DNA of 45,950 nucleotides from Octopus sinensis (GCF_006345805.1 NW_021832729.1:1-45950); one strand, 5' to 3'; numbered from the stretch's first letter, positions 25,401 through 37,740 are shown. Program-made: numbers and translations. Notes: generated from the letters alone by a model not told the origin.

Positions 25401-26105
25401 AGTTTCTTTATTGGCCACACAGGGCTGCACACAGATGGGACAAGTTACAAGGTAGAGCTTTTCTTTTGGGGATGAAAAAACAAAAACAAAAGAAATAAAA
25501 AAAAAGGGGTGGTAGGTTTTCGATCAAGAGGGATCGTAAAAGGGAAGAAAAAGAACAAAAAAAATAAAATAAAAAATAAAAAATTAAAATTAAAAAAAAG
25601 AAGAAAAGGAAAAGGAACAAAAGAAAAGAGAAATGAAAAAAGAAAAAAGGGGAAAAAAGGGGGAAGAGGGAAAAAAAACGATCAATAGGGATGTTATGAT
25701 ATATGGTGTAAAGGGGAAAGCAAGTAAGGTTTATCCGTGGGAAGAAAAGCCTACGAAAAAGACCACGGTAACCTTGGTCAATATTGTTATATGTTATCAC
25801 ATTTTTTGCAAGTGGGTAACCCTCTGTTTTCAATTTCTGGGTTCATAGGATTATGCTCAAGATGGCTTCGTCATTCATACTTGCCATCCTTGCTACATTC
25901 ACCCATCTTTTTTTAAAACATTCGCTAGACAAAACTTGCCTCTCTACTCTCACTTTCCTTTTCAAGTGGTACTTGAAGAAGTTGATGAGAGATTGACCAG
26001 AGAGGAAAGTGTTTGTCTCCAATCCTTTCAGACGCGTCCGCCAGATACATTCTTTCGCAGGTCGGAAATTGTTGGACACTGCACAGGTGCGTGCAGAACG
26101 GTTCC
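25401..26105 (-). mobile_element. L1/Tx1-clade LINE, 5'-truncated 3' fragment
   Basis: Minus-strand TVLHAPVQCPTISDL (H-x4-C end of the CCHC knuckle), then AKECIWRTRLKGL...FFKYHLKRKVRVER...FKKRW (Tx1-type ORF2 C-terminus, stop 25843), T-rich 3' UTR, AATAAAGAAA, then (TATC)n. Confidence 0.8.

Positions 26106-26184
<79 letters not shown>
26106..26184. repeat. (GATA)n array at the 5' truncation of the Tx1 fragment
   Basis: Direct reading. Confidence 0.95.
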
Positions 26185-26321
26185 TGGCAGCTCAAAAAAA
26201 AAGTTAGTATATAGCTTTTCATCTATTCACTCCGAATGAGAAGATCTGCAAACAGATTTCTAACTTGTTTTGGAGAATTTGTTGCAATTGCTTCCTCCAG
26301 AGTCATATCCCAAGGATGATT

Positions 26322-26720
26322 ATATTCGTCGCAAAAAAAATTCACGTAAAAAAAAAATCACCGAAAATAATCGCAGTAATGAAAATTTGGGAATCCAAAA
26401 TTTCAGGATTGTGGGCCCGGATTCGGCCCGGAATGCTTTTTAATTTACTCACGGAGTCGGCCTTTAGATTATAAAAATTATTATCGTACAAAATGATTCG
26501 TCGCAAAATATCACATAAAAGAATCGCTGAAAACAATCGCAATAATGAAAACTTGGGAATCCAAAATCTCAGAATTGTGGGTCTAGATTCGGCCCGGAAT
26601 GTTTTTAACTTACTCACGGAGTCGGCCTCATTCCAAAATGAGTAAAGTTGAAAAAGTGTGACACACTGACATTCGCAATTATTATATTATATTATATCAT
26701 ATTATATTATATATATATAT
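26322..26720 (+). repeat. ~170-bp tandem duplication ending in a DINE-like 3' terminus
   Basis: ATTCGTCGCAAAA...GGGAATCCAAAAT...GATTCGGCCCGGAATG...ACTCACGGAGTCGGCCT occurs twice (about 26322-26463 and 26494-26628), then GACACACTGACATTCGCAATTATTATA...TATAG. Confidence 0.7.
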
Positions 26721-26819
26721 AGTCCTCACTTTTTTCCTTCACTAGTTTCAGCTCACGAGCTGTGGCCATGCTGGGGCACCGCTATTTAAAAGAAAGCGTT
26801 CCCATACCGGGAACATACA

Positions 26820-26853
<34 letters not shown>

Positions 26854-27672
26854 CATACATACATAAGCATGTGTATGTGTATGGGTACATTTATCATGCA
26901 TAACCTGCTATGCATTGACGTTTCATACATGATTCGAGCAATGCATGTTTATATGCCAGGTATTGTATATTATGGACTGAACTCGTAAAAGCTGATTAAC
27001 TTCGTCTTGCTATTTGAAATGTCACTTAAGCCTGTTAACTTCTTATAGAGGTTTCTTAACTGCTATCGAAAATAACTTTAACATTAATACGCAAGACTGC
27101 GGCTAAACAGCAGCGGTATCAATCACTCTCGTAGCTTCTATTATGTTGCTGTTATGTCATACAGAATGTATGTAGGGTGAGTCAACTCACCGGAACATAT
27201 CTCTGTTCAGGTAACATTCGTGGGAAAATTTCAGCTTAAGAACGTCGTCTAAAGAGAACTACGTCAAGTTTACAATAGCTACCCGCTCTTTCTGCGGACG
27301 TCAGCTGTATTTTATTATGAATGTTGTGACATTTTCGCCTTTCCCAAGAGGCTTTGCGTGATGAATTAAATGAATTGGCGTCGACTTTTGAAGTAACATT
27401 TGCCTGTGAGCACAACTCATTACGATCTTAGGCCTATTTCCTTATCTACAGAGGTCATTAAACTCGTTTTTACTTAATCTTACGTCAACCCTAATTGAGC
27501 AGATATCATTAAAGACAATCCTAGAATGACCATCCTATATTTATTTAAGACATTTTGGACCCCGCTTAGGGCTATGTGATTCCCTGTAATCTTCCACTTT
27601 AAAGACGTACATAGAACCACAGCAGAGTGGCGTGATTCAAATATTCTTTATCCAGTGTTTTGTTTAACTATA

Positions 27673-27857
27673 TATTTCCTTACTACCCACAAGGGGCTCA
27701 ACACAGAGGGGACAGACAAGGACAGACAAAGGGATTAAGTCGATTACATCGACCCAGTGCGAAACTGGTACTTTATTTATCGACCCCGAGAGGATGAAAG
27801 GCAAAGTTGACCTCGGCGGAATTTGAACTCAGAACGTAACGACAGACGAAATACCGC
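27673..27857 (-). mobile_element. SINE-C, 5'-truncated, tail type 1
   Basis: Homologous to 9358-9545. Confidence 0.88.
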
Positions 27858-28477
27858 CTCGGATTTTGTTTAACTATAACCAATCAAATCCATACTTTGC
27901 TCAACGCAGGATAATCCAGGAGACATTTAGAAATCCAAAAAAACTGAAATAAGCATTTGTTTGTTTTTTCTTTAAACATAACTCTTTAGATACTGTTTGT
28001 TTGATTTTTTTCGTTGTGTTTTGATCATTTTTCTAGCTTTTGGTGATGGGGGAGAGAGGAGATAATGGATGAACTATAAATGTTTGTGCCTACTGAAATA
28101 CTCAAAAAACACCAAGATCAGTTTATCAGTTGCTCCTATTACACATCTAAAATGTAAACCTTAAAAAAGCAGATTCGGAACTGGTGGTAAGGGTGTTGGT
28201 ATTTTAATCAAACTACACCAACAAATCAACCTGACGTATCTAAAACATAATTGTGAAGACAAAACAAGAACTGGAACCGCCATGCTGGTGCCGAAAACGT
28301 ACCACCAAGAATCGCTGGTTTCAAAATATTAAAAAAAAAAAATTAGAAGAAAATAGAGAAACAGCCATCAGTTCACCCATGGACCCCGCCACACACACAC
28401 ACCACAGTGACTCACACTCTCCTAACCTTCCCGCTCATACTCCTTTCTCAAAATAACAACACTTATTGTGTCAATTA

Positions 28478-28513
28478 CTACAACTACTACTACTACTACT
28501 AATACCACTACTT

Positions 28514-28559
<46 letters not shown>

Positions 28560-28592
28560 CAGCAGCAGCAGCAGCAGCAGAAGAAGAAGAAG

Positions 28593-28624
<32 letters not shown>

Positions 28625-28775
28625 AGAAGAGAAGAAGAAGAAGAAGAAGAAGAAGAAGAAGAAGAAGAAGAAGAAGAAGAAGAAGAAGAAGAAGAAGAAA
28701 AAGAAAGAAGAAGAAGAAGAAGAAGAAGAAGAGGAATAAAGAAGAAGAAGAAGAAGAAGAAGAAGAAGAAGAAAG
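28478..28775. repeat. Compound trinucleotide tract (ACT)(AGT)(AGC)(AGA)(ACA)(AGA)
   Basis: Direct reading. Confidence 0.95.
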
Positions 28776-29248
28776 AAGGTCCAATAATTTGATTTGGTAA
28801 ATACTGCTTAACAATATCAACAACAACTAAAATGGCTGGCGATGTAAGATTTGGTCGGGGTAAATGTACAGAGGAAGAGATTATACATGAACAGGGGGGG
28901 ATATGAAAGTACCCCCGGAATCATATGATACCCTGGTAGGAGAATGCAGGTCGTGAAGAAAATTATCCATTTTCCATCACATGAAATAAATACATATATG
29001 TAAGTTATGTCTTTCAAAAAAGTATGAATGTGTCTGTGTATGTGTGCGCGCTTGTGTGTGTGCGTGCGTGTGTGTTTGTGTGTGTGTGTGTGTGTTTGTG
29101 GTGTGTTTGTGTGTGGGGGTGTATCTGTGTGTGTGTGTGTGTGTGTAGGATTTCTAATTGCGCTCCTTCTGTGCGGTTTCATGTAACTATAGTATAAGAT
29201 GCTTAACTGTAAACAAGGAAATCCAAAATATATATGTATATATATATA

Positions 29249-29311
<63 letters not shown>

Positions 29312-29348
29312 ATGTATATGTATATACATATGTATACAAAGATATTTG

Positions 29349-29388
<40 letters not shown>

Positions 29389-29409
29389 CATTATATATAC
29401 AAAGATATT

Positions 29410-29426
29410 TGCATAATAATAATAAC

Positions 29427-29473
<47 letters not shown>

Positions 29474-29474
29474 T

Positions 29475-29508
<34 letters not shown>

Positions 29509-29520
29509 ATGATGATATGT
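29410..29520. repeat. (AAT)n(AAC)n(GAT)n microsatellite
   Basis: Direct reading. Confidence 0.95.
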
Positions 29521-31120
29521 TGTAATCAATATCATGGCGCAATTACTGCACGATAGTATTTCATAACAAAACAGGGCCCTCAGTCGATGTTTTGTATTTA
29601 CTTTCCTTTCATATAACTATTGTCAGTCCTTTACGCCAAACAACATCACTAATATGTGTGTGTATGCATGGGTAAAGGTTTTCTTTGGTAAATACAGCTA
29701 AACAACAATATATGTATATATGTATACGCACATGCGCAGATGTATATATTTATTAACTTTTACAAGGAAAAGGCGGACAGTGACATTGCAGTTTCTGTTT
29801 GCTCGCCTACATAACTTATATAGGTTTATCTTAACAGATTTTCTTTAGAATTCAGAGCCAACGCGGGGCCTATTTTTGATGATAGAGACACAATCAATTA
29901 ATATATGTGTGTATGTTTGTGTGTGTATGCGCGTGTATATATATATATATATACACACGCACACACACATACATATTTATATATATATATGTATGTATGT
30001 ATGTATGTTTGTATGTATGTAAGCATGTATGTATGTATGTAGGTCAAACAGATGTCTTATAAAATTATGCCGCTCATACAAAAACAGCCATACCAACAAT
30101 CCAACATACCTCCATCATCAGCTGCCCCACGGATATCACTATGGTTTCGACACCTGGACAGTACCGTTCAATCCGGCGGTGTAAACATCACTAAAATAAG
30201 TGTTGTTTGGGAACAAACATACCATATATATCACCACGTTCATTCAATCTTAATCCTAGGAAGGATTAAACACTAGCATTAATAGAATTACAACAAACAC
30301 ATTTACCCTAGGTACAAAAACAGTATCGGTAAATAAAATCAATAAGTAAACTTATAACTAACTCCTAAATTATCTAACTAAATAGCAACCTAACACTTGA
30401 CGTCCATGCTGATGATATTCCCACCAGTCTTCCATAGTTATTTATATAAAAGTTAAAGCTTTTGTATTATATTCTTTCCAAAACAAAAACAAACTTAATT
30501 GAACTTAATTAATAATATAACTAATTCTGAGTGAATTACACTATTTCATAACCCATGTATGTATGTAGATATTTATGCGTGTGTCTTTGAATCAGTATTT
30601 GTTCCCATCACCGCTTCATTACCAGTATTGGTGTGTTTACGTCCCCGTAACCTAGTGGGTCAGCAAAATATACTGATGGAGTAAGTACACATCCCTCAAA
30701 CAGTCCGGCTGAGTACTTTATCATTAAGCTAAACTGCCCACTGACAAATTCATCCGCTGCATTAGACGCTAAATACTTTAGCATTATAGAACAAATCTGC
30801 GTTCGAAAAAAATCATCATCCTATTATTTTTATCGTACAATACACATTTTGACGATGCTTCTAATAAACAAAAAAGCGAATATTTACTTGTTATGCACTT
30901 GTCGCTCACTCCAGTTGTTTCCAATGCGATAATTTGGTCACGCTTTGTTTTCGACGCCATGTTTATTTACAAATATGTTATAAATGGACGAATTAATAGA
31001 CACATGAACAAAAAACATATGCAAATCTTTATTTAAAATGTAGATAATATTTTCTGAAACGATATTCATTAGGAAGTGTTTCTCTCTCTCTCCCTTTCTC
31101 TCTTTCTCTTTCTTTCTTTC

Positions 31121-31172
<52 letters not shown>

Positions 31173-31215
31173 TATATATATATATATATACGCACATACA
31201 CCTGTATATATATAT

Positions 31216-31730
31216 ACTAGCAGTATCGCCCGGCGTTGCTCGGGTTTGTAAGGGAAATAACTATATAAGCATTTTTAGAGAGTTACTTCCCTTATAGATG
31301 CCAATTCGGGCTTTCTTAGCCATTTCTATTTTGGTGTCTTCAAGCCATGAAGTCGTTGTTCTAAAAGAACGCTGGTCTCCTTGACAACGCTTTACGACGT
31401 TGATTTCCTTACACTCCCTTCCCCACAGCTTCACGAGGGAGGGAAGAAGGGGGAGAAGCAAACAGGTGCAGGTGTGACCATGGACGCCAACTCCGCCGCC
31501 ATCGACACACGAAAAATTATGCATTAAAATGGAATAAAAAATGATGTTAAATTATTTTTAAAATCGTAGACTCATCGTAGACGCGCGCTAATACTCAGAC
31601 GGGCCCGATATGAATCACGACTATAAGATACCCAGTTTTGGTTAAACTGCACCGCAAAATGTGGGAGTAGTTAGGAATCTAAATCGAAGGGGACAGGCAC
31701 TCACACAACTACAGTTTTATATATGTAGAT
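31216..31730 (+). mobile_element. Helentron/DINE-1-like non-autonomous rolling-circle element
   Basis: 5' ACTAGCAGTATCGCCCGGCGTTGCTCGGG (subterminal hairpin) after (TA)n; 3' GACAGGCACTCACAC...TTTTATATATGTAGAT; no ORF. Confidence 0.6.
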
Positions 31731-31886
31731 ATGTTATAAATGGACGAATTAATAGACACATGAACAAAAAACAAATGCAAATCTTTATGTAAAATGTAGA
31801 TAATATTTTCAGAAACGATATTCATTAGGAAGTGTTTTTCTCTCTCTCCCTTTCTCTCTTTCTCTTTCTTTCTTTCTTTCTTTCTT

Positions 31887-31965
<79 letters not shown>

Positions 31966-31966
<1 letters not shown>

Positions 31967-32343
31967 TTCATTGAAAAGTACAAACCCAGACTCAACCATC
32001 CGAACATACTGACACAGAGAAATTAACAAGGAAAAGGGAAAAAAAAAAAAAAAATTTTTAAGCGATTATCTCCCCTCCACCGGAAAAAATCACTCACTAC
32101 CTCCCCTTATTTAGAAATCTCCTGGAAATAAAAACAACGATAATTCCATGCAATATAAACATAACGTCACAAGAAATTTGAAAAGCTACACGCGAAACCG
32201 GTAATTTCTTTAAAAATTTTTTTAATTATGTCATTTTAAGGAAAGGAAAAAACATTTTTCCAATATTCTCCAGACTTTTGACACAAATATATATATTTTT
32301 TAACATTTAAGCCTTCTGTCGTTTTTTCACACTTTACTATTTT

Positions 32344-32346
<3 letters not shown>
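31966..32346 (+). mobile_element. Penelope-like 3' end / pseudo-LTR inserted in (TA)n
   Basis: Begins with the GIY-YIG C-terminal peptide FIEKYKPRLN, contains a sense-strand hammerhead-like motif, flanked by (TA)n on both sides. Confidence 0.65.
32171..32210 (+). ncRNA. Decayed minimal type I hammerhead ribozyme motif
   Basis: AAGAAAT-TTGAAAA-GC-TACAC-GC-GAAA-CCGG-TA-ATTTCTT: 7-bp stem I, core two transitions from CTGAAGA, 2-bp stem II, GAAA, palindromic ACCGGT stem III, GUA cleavage triplet. Confidence 0.6.
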
Positions 32347-32406
<60 letters not shown>

Positions 32407-32508
32407 CGCACATACACCTGTATATATATATATATATATATATGACTATGCAACATATGTACATATAATATAAATGTACATACATATACTGTATTCTGTA
32501 TATTATAA

Positions 32509-32584
<76 letters not shown>

Positions 32585-32585
32585 A

Positions 32586-32830
32586 TCATCATCATCATCA
32601 TCATCATCGTTTAACGTCCGCTTTCCGCGCTAGCACGGGTTGGACGGTTCGACCGGGTCTGGGAAGCCAGGGGCCGCTCCAGGCTCCAGTCTGAATCTGG
32701 CAGAGTTTCTACGGCTGGATGCCCTTCCTAACGCCAACCACTCCGTGAGTGGATTGGGTGCTTTTTACGTGCCACCTGCACAGGAGCCGGAGGGTCCGGC
32801 ATCGGTCACGATCGGTTCGAGCTTTTAACG
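32586..32830 (-). mobile_element. SINE-H, 5'-truncated, (GAT)n tail
   Basis: Minus strand GGTTGGCGTTAGGAAGGGCATCCAGCCGTAGAAAC (central motif of the kind seen in many metazoan SINEs)...GGACGTTAAACGATGATGATG. Confidence 0.7.
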
Positions 32831-34241
32831 TGTCAATATGTATGGATATTTGGTGCACATGTACTTACATATATATATATATATATATATATATACGATA
32901 CATGTATATTTGGTGCATATGTGCTTACATTATCAGATACATACATGCATACATATATGCATACATACATACATACATACATACATACATACATACATAC
33001 ATACATACATACATACATACATACATAAATACATACATACATACATAGTCTGTGTTAAGATTTATTCTTTTCATGCTTATGAATTTTTTTTTCATTTCTC
33101 TTTATTTCGTTTCACTTCGACTAAATGTTAACAATAATCATTTTAGAATTGAATTAGTCATTCAATAAAAAAAACTTTTATAATAAAAGCATTTTGCATT
33201 TGACTTCTAACCTGGTAAGAAGCGATTATCTCTATTCTGTTTCTAACAGTGTCTCGCTCCATTTTTTACGGATAACAAAGCAAGCTTTTCTATAATTTTT
33301 CACACGAGAAAACAAGTATGTTAAGGTCGGTTTAACTCCAGCCATTGAGACAATGAGAGAACGTGCAAATGGTTGGGTTACTTACTAGAAATAACAGCCA
33401 AATCTCACTGAACCTAAACAGTCTGCTATTTTCAGAAAGGGAAAGCACCTTGGTTAATATAGTTTCATACACTACCATATACTTATAAATTGTGTGTGTG
33501 TGTGCGCGCGCCTGTGTGTGTAAGTATGTGTATAGTTATAGTAATATGTCATATTATATCATAAAGAAAATGTATAGTTTGGACACAGCATAATCAATTT
33601 ATTTACATTTTGTCAATTATGTAAGCTTACGATCGTTTCCATATCAATCTTCATTCAAATTACAATTAAAATTGCATTATGAAATAACGAAGGTAAATAT
33701 TTCTTCAGGCCGAAAACTGACACAATTGTTTTTACATCCTAATTCATTGAGCGTTCATCAACAGCCTAAAATAGCAGCATGCGTTTATTTATGTGTGCGT
33801 GTGCGTGTTGACATGTTTGAAACAAAGAAACTGTTATAGGTATACATATATTTATTTTTCGTTTATATATTTACTAGTAAGTAAATCTATTTATTTCATT
33901 TTAATTTATATCATTCATTGAAAGAACTCGAATTGATACTATAATTTTTATTAATTTATTAATTATTTTATAGGTGTACTAGTCATAATTCTTGGTGTCT
34001 AGGGTTAATTTTTATATTATATTTAATTTAATTACATCTATTTAACTGGGGTATTGTTTTCTATGTATCACGTGATTGGGCTAGGTTTCACTTTTGTCTT
34101 TTGTTATGTGGTGGTTGTGTCTTACCTCTCAAGGATTTGAGTTATATTGTTATTATTATTATATCTACATCTTAGACATATCTTCTAGAACTTGTGTTTT
34201 TATATTGTCTATTAGACTTGCTGCTATTTAATTTTTCTATT

Positions 34242-36080
34242 TTAATTGTATTTCTTAAATATGTATTTAATCCTCTATGGGCAGAGTAATCTTCTTTCTC
34301 TTTTGCTGTTGATAAGTTTATGCTTAGAAGTTATCTGGAAAATTTCCTCGATACATAAGTCACACCTCTTGTCCCCAATGGTATAAGATTTTGCTCGGCT
34401 AATTACTTCCCATTTTAACTTATATTCCTTGATTTTATCTTTTATCTCCCATATTAATCTGTTTAAGCTGGTGCTAGCTATTTTATTCTTGTCTTTAAAG
34501 GTGCTTTTATGGTCAACTATTCTGTTGTTTATGTAATTTTCAGTGGAGCCTATACAGTAGTAATTTTGTCCCTCAGATTCTATCTCACACCACTACATTA
34601 AACTTCTTTGTTTGCAAAAGTGCTTTAATGGACAGTGGTTTTTAAATTTACAATCGCAACTTACATTTTCAATTTCCCTTTTAATAATGCTGTACCTAAT
34701 TTCCCCGTCTATAGGATTATTTCCATTTTGTTTTCTCTAATGTTTTGGTTCCTAACCATAGTTTTCTTTTTGTGGGGGCGAGATACTCTGTTTCTTATCT
34801 GACTTAATATTTGTATTTATACTTATTTTGTGTTCATTGCTTCCGTTATAAGTATTCTCATATTTTTCCGGGTTATTGCTAATGTTATTACTTTTATTGT
34901 TATCAATTTTCTCATTTTACTGAGATGCGATTTGTTTTTCTTTTTGTCATCGAATTGGGAGACATTATGGGTTAACTCTCTTCCTCCACTTGTGTTTTCT
35001 ATACTTTCGTTATGATCAACATCATTATGGTCGACAAGCAGATGATCTGGATTGTCTTTATCTCTATTAGAAATCATTCAATTTTTTATTATTCGGTGCA
35101 GATATAACTTGTGCGATGTTTTTTGAAACGCAGAAGCCCACTTTTAGATTACATGCGTTTATTATCTTGTGTATTTACTTTCCTCTGTAAAATGTTTGGA
35201 GACAGATTTATAGAACAGTTTCATTAAATTGGTTTTAATTTGTTTTGCAAACGAAATTATTAGCCATGTAATATTGTTTTCATCGGAATTTCTATTGAAA
35301 TAATCTTTATGTAGGTTAATTGTATTTATATATGGGGTATAGAGTTTTGTTGTGTTTTTAGGAATTTTATTGTATAAGTTTTGGATATCAACCCATTTGT
35401 TCCTTTCCATCTTATCTATTTTTTACTTGAGCATTCACAATTATCACTACTATTATTGCTGTAGTATTCAGTTTTTGGCCTTTTAATCTTTCCATTACTT
35501 TTAAGTCTTATTCGGTCTTCATTGTTTCTATTCGCGCTATATGTTTTTTTTTGTTTTTTGTTGGTTTGTTTTTTGTTTTAATTGATATCATTCCGTTGTT
35601 ATGTCTTTTATTCATATCTATTACATGTTGAGTTCCTTTGTTAGTTATTTTTTTCTATGCTTATTTATTCCTATTCCGGTCCTATTATTGCAATTTTTAT
35701 TTAGTGTATAGTTTCTGTTGTTATAACTTTCGTTTTTACTACAGTATTTTAACGTTTGGTTGACTTCTGCCTTATTTACATTGTTATTACTATAGTTTTC
35801 TTTTGGTCCATAGTATTTTAATTTTTGTTTATACCTTGCCTTACTTAGGGCTAAGTTACAATAGTCTACATTATGCTTTAAACTTTTCCTCATTTGATGA
35901 GAGATTTGATATTCTTTTTGAAATATTTTCAACCAATCTATGTGTGGCGCTTTTTGGATGATTACTATCTCTGAGATTTCTACTAACATCTCCATGCATA
36001 GTCGTCTGCTTATATAAGCTCATTCTTTCATCTGATGATACATTGCGGTAGAGTCGTGCGACTTCTTTGGGCATGTATTA
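34242..36080 (-). mobile_element. Penelope-like element, RT thumb-linker-GIY-YIG endonuclease, 5'-truncated
   Basis: SNHPKSATHRLVENISKRISNLSSNEEKF; ALSKARY; NITWL...KTNLMKLFYKSVSKHF; CDCKFKNHCPL..FC...LM*...YCIGSTEN...DHKSTF...LIWEIK...LKWEVI...RCDLCIEE...LINSKRE. Confidence 0.85.
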
Positions 36081-37345
36081 AGGTTATCTGGCAAGGAATG
36101 CTGCTCAAGGAACTGCCTTTAAAGGTATATATGTATATATGTATGTGTGTGTGTGTATGTATGTATGTATGTATGTATGTATGTATGTATGTATGTGTAC
36201 ATACTGCAATATAGAAAAAATATGGCAGTGAAAAGTGGCTCCTTAACAGAGGAATCTACCCAAGTAAAGAAGAAAATTACATCTGTTCTTTTTAAATATG
36301 AAGTAGTTGCTCTATGCCCTTGAAATAGGATTCGAAAAAAATCGTTGCGAATCTCTGACAAGAAATGTGCACTCTTTACAGGCTCAAAGCAAATGAAAGT
36401 ATGTGATCATTATTGGAAACTGAAGATAGATTGAGAAGGCAGTTAGAAGCCATGCGCCACACGCCTGCTGGAAGGATGGTGCATCAATAAGTGTTCAGCA
36501 GAAATATAAAGGTCACGGCCTAAAATACAGGCTACGTCGCTTTTTCAGTACACTTCGGACCGGATATGACCCCGATGACATGTGATCGAATGAGGTCTGT
36601 ACATATTTCATTTCGAAGTTAAGTCTTATTGTAGGCGTTGATGAGTAGTCAGACAGGTGGAGCAGGGCAAAAAAGATCTAGTTGCTATACAAGTGGCTTT
36701 AAAGGTAATTTACAGTTTTTTTCTATTCAGAAGGGGGAAAACAAAAACAAATATCGGCCGACTGTAACAGAAGTGACAACTATGGTAGATTCTCATACTT
36801 ACATAAATAAGGAAAAGTTTATAGTAGAAAATATCAACCTTTGTCCGTTATGTTGATTTTCCAACATTAAGTATGCTGTAGAGATTTTCAAAACGTTACA
36901 ACATAGTTTCGAGTGTGAAAACTATTGAATAATGAAAAAAGAATATAAAGCATGAACTGTTGTTGTTTATGCATTCATATTTTTAAGTGCTACGAAATAG
37001 CAGAGATCTTATATGCTTGGTGAGGTAGATATAAACACTAGGGCTGAAGACTGACACTTAATAGGTAGCAATTTGAGTTCAGAAGGCCAGCCGAATCGCT
37101 TGGATGAAAAGTTAACTGTCGTCTAGATTATTATAGACCTTGATTGAAGTCAAGTGGTCAATTCTGACCACACTTTTCATCTAATCTGAGCTCGTATTCA
37201 TAAATCGTTTACTTCTGTTTAAAGTTTATACACACTACACATATGTATATACACAACATGTATATACATATATTTATACAAATGTATATATATATATATA
37301 TACATAGACATATATTGTATAAATATACATATATATTTATATATA

Positions 37346-37740
37346 GGCGCAGGAGTGGCTGTGTGGCAAGTAGCTTGCCTACCAACCACATGGTTCTGGG
37401 TTCAGTCCCACTGCGTGGCATCTTGGGCAAGTGTCTTCTGCTATAGCCCCGGGCCGACCAATGCCTTGTGAGTGGATTTGGTAGACGGAAACTGAAAGAA
37501 GCCTGTCGTATATATGTATATATATATATGTGTGTGTGTGTATTTGTGTTTGTCCCCCAAGCATTGCTTGACAACCGATGCTGGTGTGTTTAATTCCCCG
37601 TCACTTAGCGGTTCGGCAAAAGAGACCGATAGAATAAGTACTGGGCTTACAAAGAATAAGTCCCGGGGTCGATTTGCTCGACTAAAGGCGGTGCTCCAGC
37701 ATGGCCGCAGTCGAATGACTGAAACAAGTAAAAAAAAAAA
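37346..37740 (+). mobile_element. SINE-A full length with poly(A) tail
   Basis: A box TGGCTGTGTGG, B box GGTTCAGTCCC, core, short linker, right arm, A-run. Confidence 0.92.

Noticed and set aside
30052-30276. 74-aa ATG ORF in unique sequence
   Set aside because: Neither open frame resembles a known protein; length is within chance expectation
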